From IMG/VR virus record IMGVR_UViG_3300022909_000104, positions 1-25,305 of that record: a stretch of DNA of 25,305 bases. One strand, written 5' to 3'. Positions 1-6,961 of the stretch are shown here, one piece after another (the first letter of the stretch is position 1; each line of letters opens with the position of its first letter). The position numbers and the translations under genes are program-made. The notes below the pieces were generated by a model that was given only the letters and a program-made list of their open reading frames with translations, was not told where the DNA came from and did not search any database. This stretch comes from a virus (lineage: Duplodnaviria > Caudoviricetes).

Positions 1-105
1 ACCAATGATAAGTTCTAAATCACCATTGAGTGTTCGGGTATGTGTCAACTTAATAAAGGGTAGGATATAAACCTGCCCCCATATACTACTTATTGATATT
101 CTCAT
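1..105 (-). CDS. Hypothetical protein, partial (runs off the window start)
   Basis: Own translation MRISISSIWGQVYILPFIKLTHTRTLNGDLELIIG...; ATG overlaps the TGA of the upstream 28-aa ORF (ATGA coupling). Confidence 0.6.
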   Translation of the reverse strand, partial: MRISISSIWGQVYILPFIKLTHTRTLNGDLELIIG

Positions 106-188
106 TCTTCTCTACTATCTTTTATGATAATAAACAAACCCGTCAAAAGACAGGTAAGTAATAATATCATTATTGGAAACTCTATCAT
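102..188 (-). CDS. Small hydrophobic (single TM) protein, 28 aa
   Basis: Own translation MIEFPIMILLLTCLLTGLFIIIKDSREE; ATG lies in the 185-209 boundary repeat and the stop is coupled to the next ATG. Confidence 0.5.
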   Translation of the reverse strand: MIEFPIMILLLTCLLTGLFIIIKDSREE

Positions 189-436
189 CTCTATTTGGTA
201 TTAAAGGTTGAGTTGTAGTAATTATCAAATCGTGGTTGAGGTAATGACTCCCAATCTCCGCCTTCCATATATGCATCCATAATCTGCTCCTTCTCTTTCT
301 CAAGCATTGATTCTGCCAACGCAATTATCTTATCATTGTACATAAACGGCATTGCCTCATCATCTTCTTGACGCTTCTTGATTATCTCAATCAACTCTTG
401 CATTGGTGTTTTCATCTCTCTTTGGTGTTAAAGGTT
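185..436. repeat. 25-bp imperfect direct repeat at gene junctions (185-209 and 412-436)
   Basis: TCATCTCT[A/C]TTTGGT[A/G]TTAAAGGTT, 23/25 identical. On the minus strand it encodes ...TFNTK(ER)* and carries the next ATG. Confidence 0.85.
191..415 (-). CDS. Small hypothetical phage protein (MKTPMQELIE...EKEKEQIMDAY type)
   Basis: 74-aa ORF co-oriented with neighbours and bounded by the two 25-bp repeats. Confidence 0.75.
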   Translation of the reverse strand: MKTPMQELIEIIKKRQEDDEAMPFMYNDKIIALAESMLEKEKEQIMDAYMEGGDWESLPQPRFDNYYNSTFNTK

Positions 437-613
437 CTATTAAAGACACAAAACCCTATCGTTCTGCATCATTATTGGTTTCTATATGCCTCCGCATACA
501 ATCTAAAGGTTTTTCCGTTTTTTATATGCTTTGGCATTTGTAAGGTTATAGCCTTACCGAAATCAAATCTCGTGAGGTTATAGCCTTACTTTGTGTACCA
601 CTTTGGTACGCAT
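412..613 (-). pseudogene. Probable degraded small gene
   Basis: Coupled ATG at 613 (TGATG) reads MRTKVVHKVRL*. A shifted frame continues YNLTRFDFGKAITLQMPKHIK...YRNQ, then TAA TGA, then CRTIGFCVFNRTFNTKER* ending in the boundary repeat. Confidence 0.35.
540..589. repeat. Pair of 18-bp near-palindromic sites (540-557, 572-589) with a 14-bp spacer
   Basis: GTAAGGTTATAGCCTTAC and GTGAGGTTATAGCCTTAC; they differ at one base, and the first is a palindrome with one mismatched pair. Confidence 0.85.
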
Positions 614-759
614 CAAGGCAAGTCTTCCTCAGTTACACGAATAACAATCTCATCCTTACCTCTGCGTTGTAGTATGGTACGCAGTTTACGTGCTTGTTCA
701 ATGGTGTTGTAGGTTCCGTAAGTAACCCCCTTACAGATGACCTTAAATAACTTTTTCAT
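613..759 (-). CDS. Small basic hypothetical protein, 48 aa
   Basis: Own translation MKKLFKVICKGVTYGTYNTIEQARKLRTILQRRGKDEIVIRVTEEDLP; ATG overlaps the stop of 756-1307. Confidence 0.6.
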   Translation of the reverse strand: MKKLFKVICKGVTYGTYNTIEQARKLRTILQRRGKDEIVIRVTEEDLP

Positions 760-1307
760 ATCAAGTTCTTTACTCTCTTAAGTTCTTTGTCAAGTTGATG
801 ATTCCTAGTTTCAAGCCCCTCAACATACTTCTTGACAGACTCAATTCTTTTTAAATCTTTAGTTACGCTCTTCTTGTAGTCTTCAAACTCTTGAATCTTC
901 ATTCTCAGTTTGCGAGATATTTCAAGATATCTGAAGTGTATCTCTCCTGCTGAATCAGCAGTGGCTATAGTCTTAGGCACGATGCCGTTGTCCATTAGCA
1001 AGTCTTCAACTTCTTTGTTAAGGTTGTCCCATATTACTTTGTAGTCTCCATCGAACCTGTAGTTCATCTCGTGATTACGACAAGCGTGTAAAACGGTAGC
1101 GTGGTCTTTGCCAAGAATCCTTCCTATCCTCTGTAGAGGAAGGGCAACATTCTCTCTAGCGATGTGCATAAAAGCGTGTCTATGGATTACGTTGTGTCGT
1201 TCACGACTAGGTCCTACTTTGTTCGCCTTTGTATAATCATCCCAAAACCTTCTAAGGGTTTCGAAGGAGATTACAGACCCTACGATCTTAGAAATTTCGT
1301 CACTCAT
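756..1307 (-). CDS. DnaA C-terminal (domain IV)-like HTH protein with C-terminal coiled coil
   Basis: RHAFMHIARE...LQRIGRILGKDHATVLHAC matches the DnaA domain IV signature (IG..F..RDHTTV.HA); no AAA+ domain. Confidence 0.75.
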   Translation of the reverse strand: MSDEISKIVGSVISFETLRRFWDDYTKANKVGPSRERHNVIHRHAFMHIARENVALPLQRIGRILGKDHATVLHACRNHEMNYRFDGDYKVIWDNLNKEVEDLLMDNGIVPKTIATADSAGEIHFRYLEISRKLRMKIQEFEDYKKSVTKDLKRIESVKKYVEGLETRNHQLDKELKRVKNLI

Positions 1308-1593
1308 TTCCCTTGATGTTTTGGTTATGTATCTCCTCTATAGTCTTGTTTATAATGCTCTCTACGCCTCTTTGAGTCTGCATGAATATACTTTCTTGCT
1401 CTGTAGGTATGCTGTCTAGCAGGGGACGTAGATAGTTTTCTAACTTCTTCTCTAGGTTGTTTATAGACTTCTTGATGTCTTGCCTGTACAGGTTGGGAAC
1501 ATCTTTTATCTCATCCATCTGCTCTAGAGAGCATTGCAGAATAATCATCATCTTGACAACTGCTCTGAATCTTTCTTCTCCGTCCTTAGTCAT
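1300..1593 (-). CDS. Hypothetical protein
   Basis: 97-aa ORF in a tightly packed operon, overlapping both neighbours by 8 nt. Confidence 0.75.
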   Translation of the reverse strand: MTKDGEERFRAVVKMMIILQCSLEQMDEIKDVPNLYRQDIKKSINNLEKKLENYLRPLLDSIPTEQESIFMQTQRGVESIINKTIEEIHNQNIKGNE

Positions 1594-1792
1594 CCAGCGA
1601 ATCTTTTATAAGTCTGTTTATTTTCTCCTCGTCTAGTTTTAATATCCTGCGAAGTTTCTGACGCTCTTTAATTTTTGCCTTCTCGTAATCTGATTTGTTG
1701 CAATCTATACCGAGGTTAGCAAACATCAATGCGTTCTGTTTGAGTACGCAGTCTATAATCTTTTTGTGTTCGGGGTTGTCTTGATATGCCAT
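1586..1792 (-). CDS. Hypothetical protein
   Basis: 68-aa ORF, co-oriented and tightly packed. Confidence 0.7.
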   Translation of the reverse strand: MAYQDNPEHKKIIDCVLKQNALMFANLGIDCNKSDYEKAKIKERQKLRRILKLDEEKINRLIKDSLDD

Positions 1793-1794
1793 GA

Positions 1795-1989
1795 TTAGAA
1801 TTTTAATAGCCTTCTTCTTCTTTCATACTTCCGTAGAAGCAAACCTAAATTTTGCAAGTGTTCATCAATAGCATTGTGAAAACCTGTGTGTGAGGATGCA
1901 ACAACTGTGTTGATTATCTCCCATCTTATATCTGCTAGGTAGAGGTTAACATACCTCATGTGCCTAATTTTTCTTAAGTACTTCTTCAT
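1795..1989 (-). CDS. Hypothetical basic protein (start probably MKKYLRK)
   Basis: ORF track 1795-2007; the ATG at 1989 has an A-rich leader and less overlap. Confidence 0.65.
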   Translation of the reverse strand: MKKYLRKIRHMRYVNLYLADIRWEIINTVVASSHTGFHNAIDEHLQNLGLLLRKYERRRRLLKF

Positions 1990-2230
1990 GTTTTTGATTT
2001 GAGCCACTCCCCACCGATTTAGTGCTGAGTATCTTAGTTATTACTAATTGTTTCTGCGACTTATACTTAGTGCCGTAATACTTTCTAGTGAGTCTGTCCA
2101 TTGTTTTCTTATCATACTTCATGATCTCGATAGGTGTCTTAAATAGACTGACAGCCCACGTGTTGTCTTTGATGAATGATTTCGCCTTCTTGTAGGAAAT
2201 CTCAATCTCATGGTAATAAATCTCTCTCAT
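1964..2230 (-). CDS. Hypothetical Lys-rich protein
   Basis: 88-aa ORF directly after the 2241-2270 terminator. Confidence 0.65.
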   Translation of the reverse strand: MREIYYHEIEISYKKAKSFIKDNTWAVSLFKTPIEIMKYDKKTMDRLTRKYYGTKYKSQKQLVITKILSTKSVGSGSNQKHEEVLKKN

Positions 2231-2240
2231 CGCTTTAAAT

Positions 2241-2270
2241 AAAAAGGGGGAAGGGTTTCCCCTGTCCCCC
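2241..2270 (-). terminator. Intrinsic terminator after the putative SSB gene
   Basis: Minus strand GGGGGACAGGG-GAAA-CCCTTCCCCC-TTTTT. Confidence 0.75.
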
Positions 2271-2279
2271 GATTATAAT

Positions 2280-2561
2280 TTAGAATGGCAAATCCCCTGT
2301 AGTTGATGTTACCTCTACATGCACAGGCTTGTGCGTGTTTCCTTGATTAGGGTCGTAAACCGAAATCATGTTGTAGTTCTTACCTGCTTTGGATATACCG
2401 CTGCGGTAAGTCAAGTAAACTCGTGAAGGCTTACTTGCATCGTTGTTTGCCTTCAAGTACTTCTTGAGGTCGTCTAGTTCAGAAGCGGTTAGACTAAACT
2501 TTACTTCTGTACGTGGTGCGTTTGCGTAGCCCACTAACGGATCTTGTTTTTGATTATCCAT
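2280..2561 (-). CDS. Putative single-stranded DNA-binding protein
   Basis: 93 aa with a C-terminal DLPF tail, SKAGKNY strand motif, and a position in the ERF/exonuclease module. Confidence 0.55.
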   Translation of the reverse strand: MDNQKQDPLVGYANAPRTEVKFSLTASELDDLKKYLKANNDASKPSRVYLTYRSGISKAGKNYNMISVYDPNQGNTHKPVHVEVTSTTGDLPF

Positions 2562-2566
2562 TTTAA

Positions 2567-2866
2567 TTAAATTTTTGCTGACTCTTGAATTGACTTAGTG
2601 TAATAAAAAAAGTTGTCAGCGTAACCTTTATTATCGCACATGTTTTTTTCGTGTTGTTCAATATAGTAAAATACAGATGACTTAGACTTCTTAATCAGTT
2701 TAGATATTTCATCTAGTGTCATTCTACTATTGCTATACACATAGTAGCAGAACATCTTTCTAGCATCAGAAATCCTTTTACTTCTTGCCTCTGATGTGAT
2801 GTCTACGCCTAGTATATTAGTTGTTGTCTCAACTATACCTGTTGCTTTTTCTACGTTTAGTATCAT
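2567..2866 (-). CDS. DnaA domain IV-like HTH protein (second copy)
   Basis: DITSEARSKRISDARKMFCY...MTLDEISKLIKKSKSSVFYY resembles the DnaA C-terminal fold with a diverged recognition helix. Confidence 0.6.
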   Translation of the reverse strand: MILNVEKATGIVETTTNILGVDITSEARSKRISDARKMFCYYVYSNSRMTLDEISKLIKKSKSSVFYYIEQHEKNMCDNKGYADNFFYYTKSIQESAKI

Positions 2867-3702
2867 ATCTCTTTATAAATAGCAAATGTGCTTGTATCCT
2901 TTTCGGGTTGGTTTAACCATCTACTGATGTTCTCTACCGCACTCCAGAATTTATGTTCGCCCTTGCTTATAGTTACTTTTGACGCTTTGAATACGCCTAC
3001 TGTGTAAGGGACAGACTTAGTCTGAGCAACCCAATAAAAATCCCCAATCTGTTCAACGTGGGTGTAGATGTAGGCTTGAATCTCGTAATCGTACTTGAAT
3101 ACATCGTATTGGAATCCAAATAAGTCACGTGTTGTTTTAGAGTCGGTAATGAATCCATCTCCACGAACATCTAGATATCCTCTTACAGGGATGTCATCAA
3201 TCCAATCGTTAACCTCGTACTGAGCCTGTCCTTTCAAGTATGCTCTAACAGGTGTCATCTTACCTGTCTGCATATCTAACACCTCAGACTCATCTAATCG
3301 CACGATCATTTCCTCGACCTTTGATATGATTTCCTCGGTAATTATTTCCTTGTCTCCTGCGTGTTGAATCTCTCCCTCGTACCACTCGTTGTATTCTTCC
3401 TTCCACACCTTTGAGGCACGTGGACTCTTATACTTGTCTGAATACTTAGCGTCCAACTCAAGGCATTTCTGCTCATCGTAGACAACGTAAAACTTATCCA
3501 TGAACGTCTCGGGTTCTAGTAACATGCAGTCGTAAACTGAGCCGAATGTAAATGCATCAGACTGTTTCTTAAGCAGTCCTTTCATGTACAACTCAAAGAG
3601 TTTCATGTCCTGGTTTCTCGAACCATCAGCCGCGTATTTTATTGCAGAGTAAGAGAGATATCCCTTACCTGTACGCTCCATTAGTTTTCTTGCAAAGTCC
3701 AT
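2863..3702 (-). CDS. PD-(D/E)XK exonuclease, RecE/exonuclease VIII-like (DUF3799-like)
   Basis: LSYSAIK, FGSVYDCMLLEPE, RGYLD...TDSKTT and YEIQAYIY motifs; translationally coupled to ERF. Confidence 0.8.
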   Translation of the reverse strand: MDFARKLMERTGKGYLSYSAIKYAADGSRNQDMKLFELYMKGLLKKQSDAFTFGSVYDCMLLEPETFMDKFYVVYDEQKCLELDAKYSDKYKSPRASKVWKEEYNEWYEGEIQHAGDKEIITEEIISKVEEMIVRLDESEVLDMQTGKMTPVRAYLKGQAQYEVNDWIDDIPVRGYLDVRGDGFITDSKTTRDLFGFQYDVFKYDYEIQAYIYTHVEQIGDFYWVAQTKSVPYTVGVFKASKVTISKGEHKFWSAVENISRWLNQPEKDTSTFAIYKEI

Positions 3703-4289
3703 TACCCTACGAATTTAGCAAGAGCCTGTTTCTGCTTGTCAGAAGCCTGTTCTCCATACTTGGTTAATACTTGTTTGTACGCTAGTTCTTTTGACTTCTT
3801 GTCCTTTGCAGACTTGATGTAGTCAACAGCCTGTGTAAACCACTCTCCTGCAGGATTGCTTGAGGCTGTACGAGTTTGTGATTGTGATTGAGCCTGTCCA
3901 TGCGTGTTGGTTGCATCAGCATCCTTTGTGTCATCGATTAGGAACATTCCGTTCAATGCGTACTTACGAGCGTATGAACTTGAACTACCGAAAGACTGAG
4001 CGATGTCCATTCCTTTGCGATTTGGATCAATACCTGCTTGAGCAGAAGCATAAATCTTGTCTATACCATCCGTAACGATTACCGTTGCGTTGATGAATAC
4101 CATACTGCCTACCTCTAGAACCTCATCAGTGATTCGCATTGACAATCCGTTTTTCGCTAACAGAGGCTTAACAGACTCCAAAATATCTTCCGCACTGCGG
4201 TAAGCATACTTGCCAAAACTGTTGTATTGGCCCTTGGGTGCTTTAAGTTCTTTCTGAACATTTACCAAGGCGTTGTTTAATTTCTCCAT
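3702..4289 (-). CDS. ERF-family single-strand annealing protein
   Basis: LKAPKGQYNSFGKYAYRSAEDILESVKPLL and GSSSSYARKYALNGMFLIDD.KDAD hallmarks. Confidence 0.92.
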   Translation of the reverse strand: MEKLNNALVNVQKELKAPKGQYNSFGKYAYRSAEDILESVKPLLAKNGLSMRITDEVLEVGSMVFINATVIVTDGIDKIYASAQAGIDPNRKGMDIAQSFGSSSSYARKYALNGMFLIDDTKDADATNTHGQAQSQSQTRTASSNPAGEWFTQAVDYIKSAKDKKSKELAYKQVLTKYGEQASDKQKQALAKFVG

Positions 4290-4312
4290 GTCTTAACTGA
4301 ATTTGTTTCGAA

Positions 4313-4344
4313 CAAACATAAACCAATTGTTCTATATCTCCAAA
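4313..4344 (-). promoter_or_regulatory. Bacteroidota housekeeping-sigma promoter for the ERF operon
   Basis: Minus strand TTTG (4344-4341)-N20-TATGTTTG (4320-4313). Confidence 0.75.
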
Positions 4345-4440
4345 CAAACATCCGAAAATTTCATATTAGATTATATATAGAGGGTAAAGGGGGTTAGATA
4401 TTATATAATAATAATCATTGGGGGAATGGGAGGTTTGAGC

Positions 4441-4472
4441 AAAAAAAAGGGGCATCCCATACAGGACACCCC
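4441..4472 (-). terminator. Intrinsic terminator
   Basis: Minus strand GGGGTGTCCTG-TA-TGGGATGCCCC-TTTTTTTT. Confidence 0.8.
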
Positions 4473-4493
4473 TCCAACCAATCAATCAATCAT

Positions 4494-4643
4494 TTAAGCA
4501 TCAGCACCTAAATCTCTTTCGCTCAGACTATTAACCATCATTTGAAGTCTAAAAGCATTGAGCAGTAAAAGTGAATCTTGTTTATCGTATGCATACGTTT
4601 CAATCCACTCACATATATTTTTAATCTCTTCTATTCTTTCCAT
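4494..4643 (-). CDS. Small hypothetical protein (MERIEEIK..., 49 aa)
   Basis: ORF track 4494-4694; ATG at 4643 preferred, with a TACCTTG promoter-like box upstream near 4683-4689. Confidence 0.55.
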   Translation of the reverse strand: MERIEEIKNICEWIETYAYDKQDSLLLLNAFRLQMMVNSLSERDLGADA

Positions 4644-4769
4644 CTTTGTTAAAACTAAGTTAGTAACTTTTAGTGTACTTCGCAAGGTACACAAACCTGT
4701 ATATTTATTTTAGCCCTAGATTTGATTACCATTTCAAGCAACTCTCTCATCTTGGCTTGACTGAAATTT

Positions 4770-4797
4770 GGAGGGGGATAAAACCCCCTCCTTTTTT
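4770..4797 (+). terminator. Terminator-like hairpin oriented antisense to the flanking genes
   Basis: GGAGGGGG-ATAAAA-CCCCCTCC-TTTTTT on the plus strand. Confidence 0.55.
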
Positions 4798-5088
4798 CTA
4801 ATCATCAAGGTCACTCATCCCTCGGATAACTGACTTAAGGATATCTTCAATAGCAGTATCCATCATCATCTGAAACCTCGCCATGTATAGCGTGTGCATC
4901 AGTACCATTGCCTCATCCTGTGAGTCAGCAACAGCCTTACAAGCATCTATCACACTAGATACCTTGCTATTTCCTGTGGTAGTTTTTATGAGGTACTCAA
5001 TCTTCTCGAATGTTGTGTCCTCATCGAGTCCGTAGTGTCCTGTGATAGTGTCAGACTCTTTTTGGTTCATGAAATCATCAATTGTCAT
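4798..5088 (-). CDS. Hypothetical acidic protein
   Basis: 96-aa ORF in the early operon. Confidence 0.7.
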   Translation of the reverse strand: MTIDDFMNQKESDTITGHYGLDEDTTFEKIEYLIKTTTGNSKVSSVIDACKAVADSQDEAMVLMHTLYMARFQMMMDTAIEDILKSVIRGMSDLDD

Positions 5089-5099
5089 AATCGTGTAAA

Positions 5100-5780
5100 T
5101 TAAAATTGTGTTTTTATTTCTTTCAGTTCTTTAGTGTCTCCCTCCCAAGGCATGTCATACGTTCCTTCGATGTAGTATCCTGCCTCCATATCAGAGTATG
5201 GCGTTGCATGGTCAGACAACAGGTGTAGTATGTAGTTACCCTCTTCATCTTCGTAAGAAACTCCGCTCCAATCGGGGATGTCCCACTCCATGGATAGTCT
5301 GATTTCTCCATCCTCTTTTAGGTATTGAACACCAAACCCCTGCTCTTCTTCCCACCAATACTCTTGGATGTCTAAATCATCATCCATCATGAGAATGATT
5401 TCGGTATCCAATGGAGACCAAGCAGTCACGAAGTTTACGGCTACGATGTCAGACTCATCATCCAGCCAATCGTTAATTTCGATCTCGTAGTCTCCCCATT
5501 TTGTGTTCCAATTAGCGTTACACCATTCGTACCAATTAGCGTAATTAAACTTCTCGACATACTCATCATGCATTGACTGAGTAATACCCTTTCCGAACAT
5601 GTCATCAGTTTGATTTTCGTACTCCACTTGGCTTACAATCCTTGTAGGACTCGCAGTCCCACTCAGTTCTTTTGGCATCGGCTTGTAGTAACGAGCGAAC
5701 CCACCATTTGCAATTATCTCTCTCACTTTAGGCAACTTGCTAGAGTGGATTTTTATTTGGCTATATACGTGATTTGGCAT
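5100..5780 (-). CDS. DUF1281/YubB (Api92-like) ferredoxin-like domain protein
   Basis: MPNH start, PMPKEL, NWYEWCNANWNTKWG and F.TAWSP motifs; very acidic. Confidence 0.8.
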   Translation of the reverse strand: MPNHVYSQIKIHSSKLPKVREIIANGGFARYYKPMPKELSGTASPTRIVSQVEYENQTDDMFGKGITQSMHDEYVEKFNYANWYEWCNANWNTKWGDYEIEINDWLDDESDIVAVNFVTAWSPLDTEIILMMDDDLDIQEYWWEEEQGFGVQYLKEDGEIRLSMEWDIPDWSGVSYEDEEGNYILHLLSDHATPYSDMEAGYYIEGTYDMPWEGDTKELKEIKTQF

Positions 5781-5782
5781 GA

Positions 5783-6148
5783 CTATTCTAAATTAAAATC
5801 GTTATCATCTCCAATGGCTTCAGCAACCATTGATAAAATATCCTCCATTGATTCGGGGAATCCGATAGACTCGCCCTCCAAGTCAGACAGGATAATTAAT
5901 CCGTATCCTGCGAACATGTAGTCGTTTATTTGAAACTGACCGATTCGCTCAGATGCTCCATTCAGCATACCCTCTTCATCAAGCCAAAGGTCTACACTAA
6001 AGTCTTCTCCACTTGCGATGGGTACACGTTCAACTACCTCACATTGTAGTCTATCGTACAATTCTTTTAGTCCAACAATTCGATTGTCAAACTCTACTCT
6101 TTCAACCTTGCTTTCCACAGGGTTAATTAAAATTCCGTAATAGTTCAT
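5783..6148 (-). CDS. DUF3846-like protein
   Basis: ILINP...LKELYDRLQCEVVERV...LWLDEEGML...FAGYGLI pattern. Confidence 0.7.
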   Translation of the reverse strand: MNYYGILINPVESKVERVEFDNRIVGLKELYDRLQCEVVERVPIASGEDFSVDLWLDEEGMLNGASERIGQFQINDYMFAGYGLIILSDLEGESIGFPESMEDILSMVAEAIGDDNDFNLE

Positions 6149-6150
6149 GG

Positions 6151-6351
6151 TTATTTAAATAATTGATTAATGAATTTATCGTAAGTCTCAACCCAAGATG
6201 CAGTACGCAACTTGTGGCCTTTGATGATTGTGACTTGCACTTTGTCTGATGCATCCGAGTCACTTCGGTCTAGACTCACGTATTCGTGGTCATAGTAGTC
6301 ATGGTCTGCTCGAGCCATGTGGTCATCTAGTTTTTCGTTTAACTCTCTCAT
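6151..6351 (-). CDS. Hypothetical protein
   Basis: 66-aa ORF, tightly packed. Confidence 0.65.
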   Translation of the reverse strand: MRELNEKLDDHMARADHDYYDHEYVSLDRSDSDASDKVQVTIIKGHKLRTASWVETYDKFINQLFK

Positions 6352-6358
6352 CGCTTGT

Positions 6359-6514
6359 TTATTCTATGTGTTTGTTAGTAAGCAGGTCCACCACCTCGAT
6401 GTGTTCTGCAAATGCTCCTAGGTCAAACGCCTCGATTAATGAATCTGCGAATCTGATTTCGTTGTACCCCTCGCCACCATGGTAGAGGGTTATTTGATAC
6501 CTATTGATTTTCAT
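6359..6514 (-). CDS. Small hypothetical protein, 51 aa
   Basis: Own translation MKINRYQITLYHGGEGYNEIRFADSLIEAFDLGAFAEHIEVVDLLTNKHIE; follows the 6533 promoter. Confidence 0.65.
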   Translation of the reverse strand: MKINRYQITLYHGGEGYNEIRFADSLIEAFDLGAFAEHIEVVDLLTNKHIE

Positions 6515-6532
6515 AATTGTTTAATGTTTGTT

Positions 6533-6563
6533 CAAATTTAATTCAAATAAATCACTTACGCAA
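6533..6563 (-). promoter_or_regulatory. Bacteroidota-type promoter
   Basis: Minus strand TTG (6563-6561)-N20-TAAATTTG (6540-6533). Confidence 0.7.
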
Positions 6564-6731
6564 GTGTTCTAGCAAATTTTCATCCTCGGTCCATACCTCA
6601 TCAAGTATGTAGCCCTTTCTACTCATCCATTTGATGTAGTTGTCGTAGTGGTACAGGTCGTTGAATTCCATATCCCTGCCCACGTTGTAGCCTCTACCAC
6701 CTGTGTAGAAGAATTGTAGTTTCGCTTTCAT
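6552..6731 (-). CDS. Hypothetical protein (MKAKLQFFY..., 59 aa)
   Basis: 3' part of ORF 6552-6851; the ATG at 6731 follows the upstream stop by 1 nt. Confidence 0.65.
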   Translation of the reverse strand: MKAKLQFFYTGGRGYNVGRDMEFNDLYHYDNYIKWMSRKGYILDEVWTEDENLLEHLRK

Positions 6732-6732
6732 C

Positions 6733-6915
6733 TTACTTGTTTCTTGAATCGTTATACTCATCTGCCTCGTAAATGGCGTAAGCGCCAATCCATACCATCG
6801 CCAACAAAATCGTTGGGATGAACATCTCTTTAGATTCCATAAAGAATCCACACCATCCTGTTAGAGCCATTCCAATTAGACTCGCAATCTGAATTTTGAT
6901 CAATTTACCTTTCAT
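6733..6915 (-). CDS. Small two-TM membrane protein
   Basis: MKGKLIKIQIASLIGMALTGWCGFF...MFIPTILLAMVWIGAYAIY, two hydrophobic stretches. Confidence 0.65.
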   Translation of the reverse strand: MKGKLIKIQIASLIGMALTGWCGFFMESKEMFIPTILLAMVWIGAYAIYEADEYNDSRNK

Positions 6916-6930
6916 TGAATTTGATTTTGT

Positions 6931-6951
6931 GAGGGGGCATTGCACCCCCTC
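6931..6951 (-). other. Intergenic GC hairpin with a T-loop-like heptaloop
   Basis: GAGGGGG-TGCAATG-CCCCCTC followed by ACAAAATCAA and no U-tract. Confidence 0.6.
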
Positions 6952-6961
6952 GGTTTATTAG

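Noticed and set aside
540-589. CRISPR mini-array
   Set aside because: Two 18-bp units and a 14-bp spacer are too short and too few; no cas genes.
756-1307. Bona fide dnaA
   Set aside because: Lacks the AAA+ and N-terminal domains.
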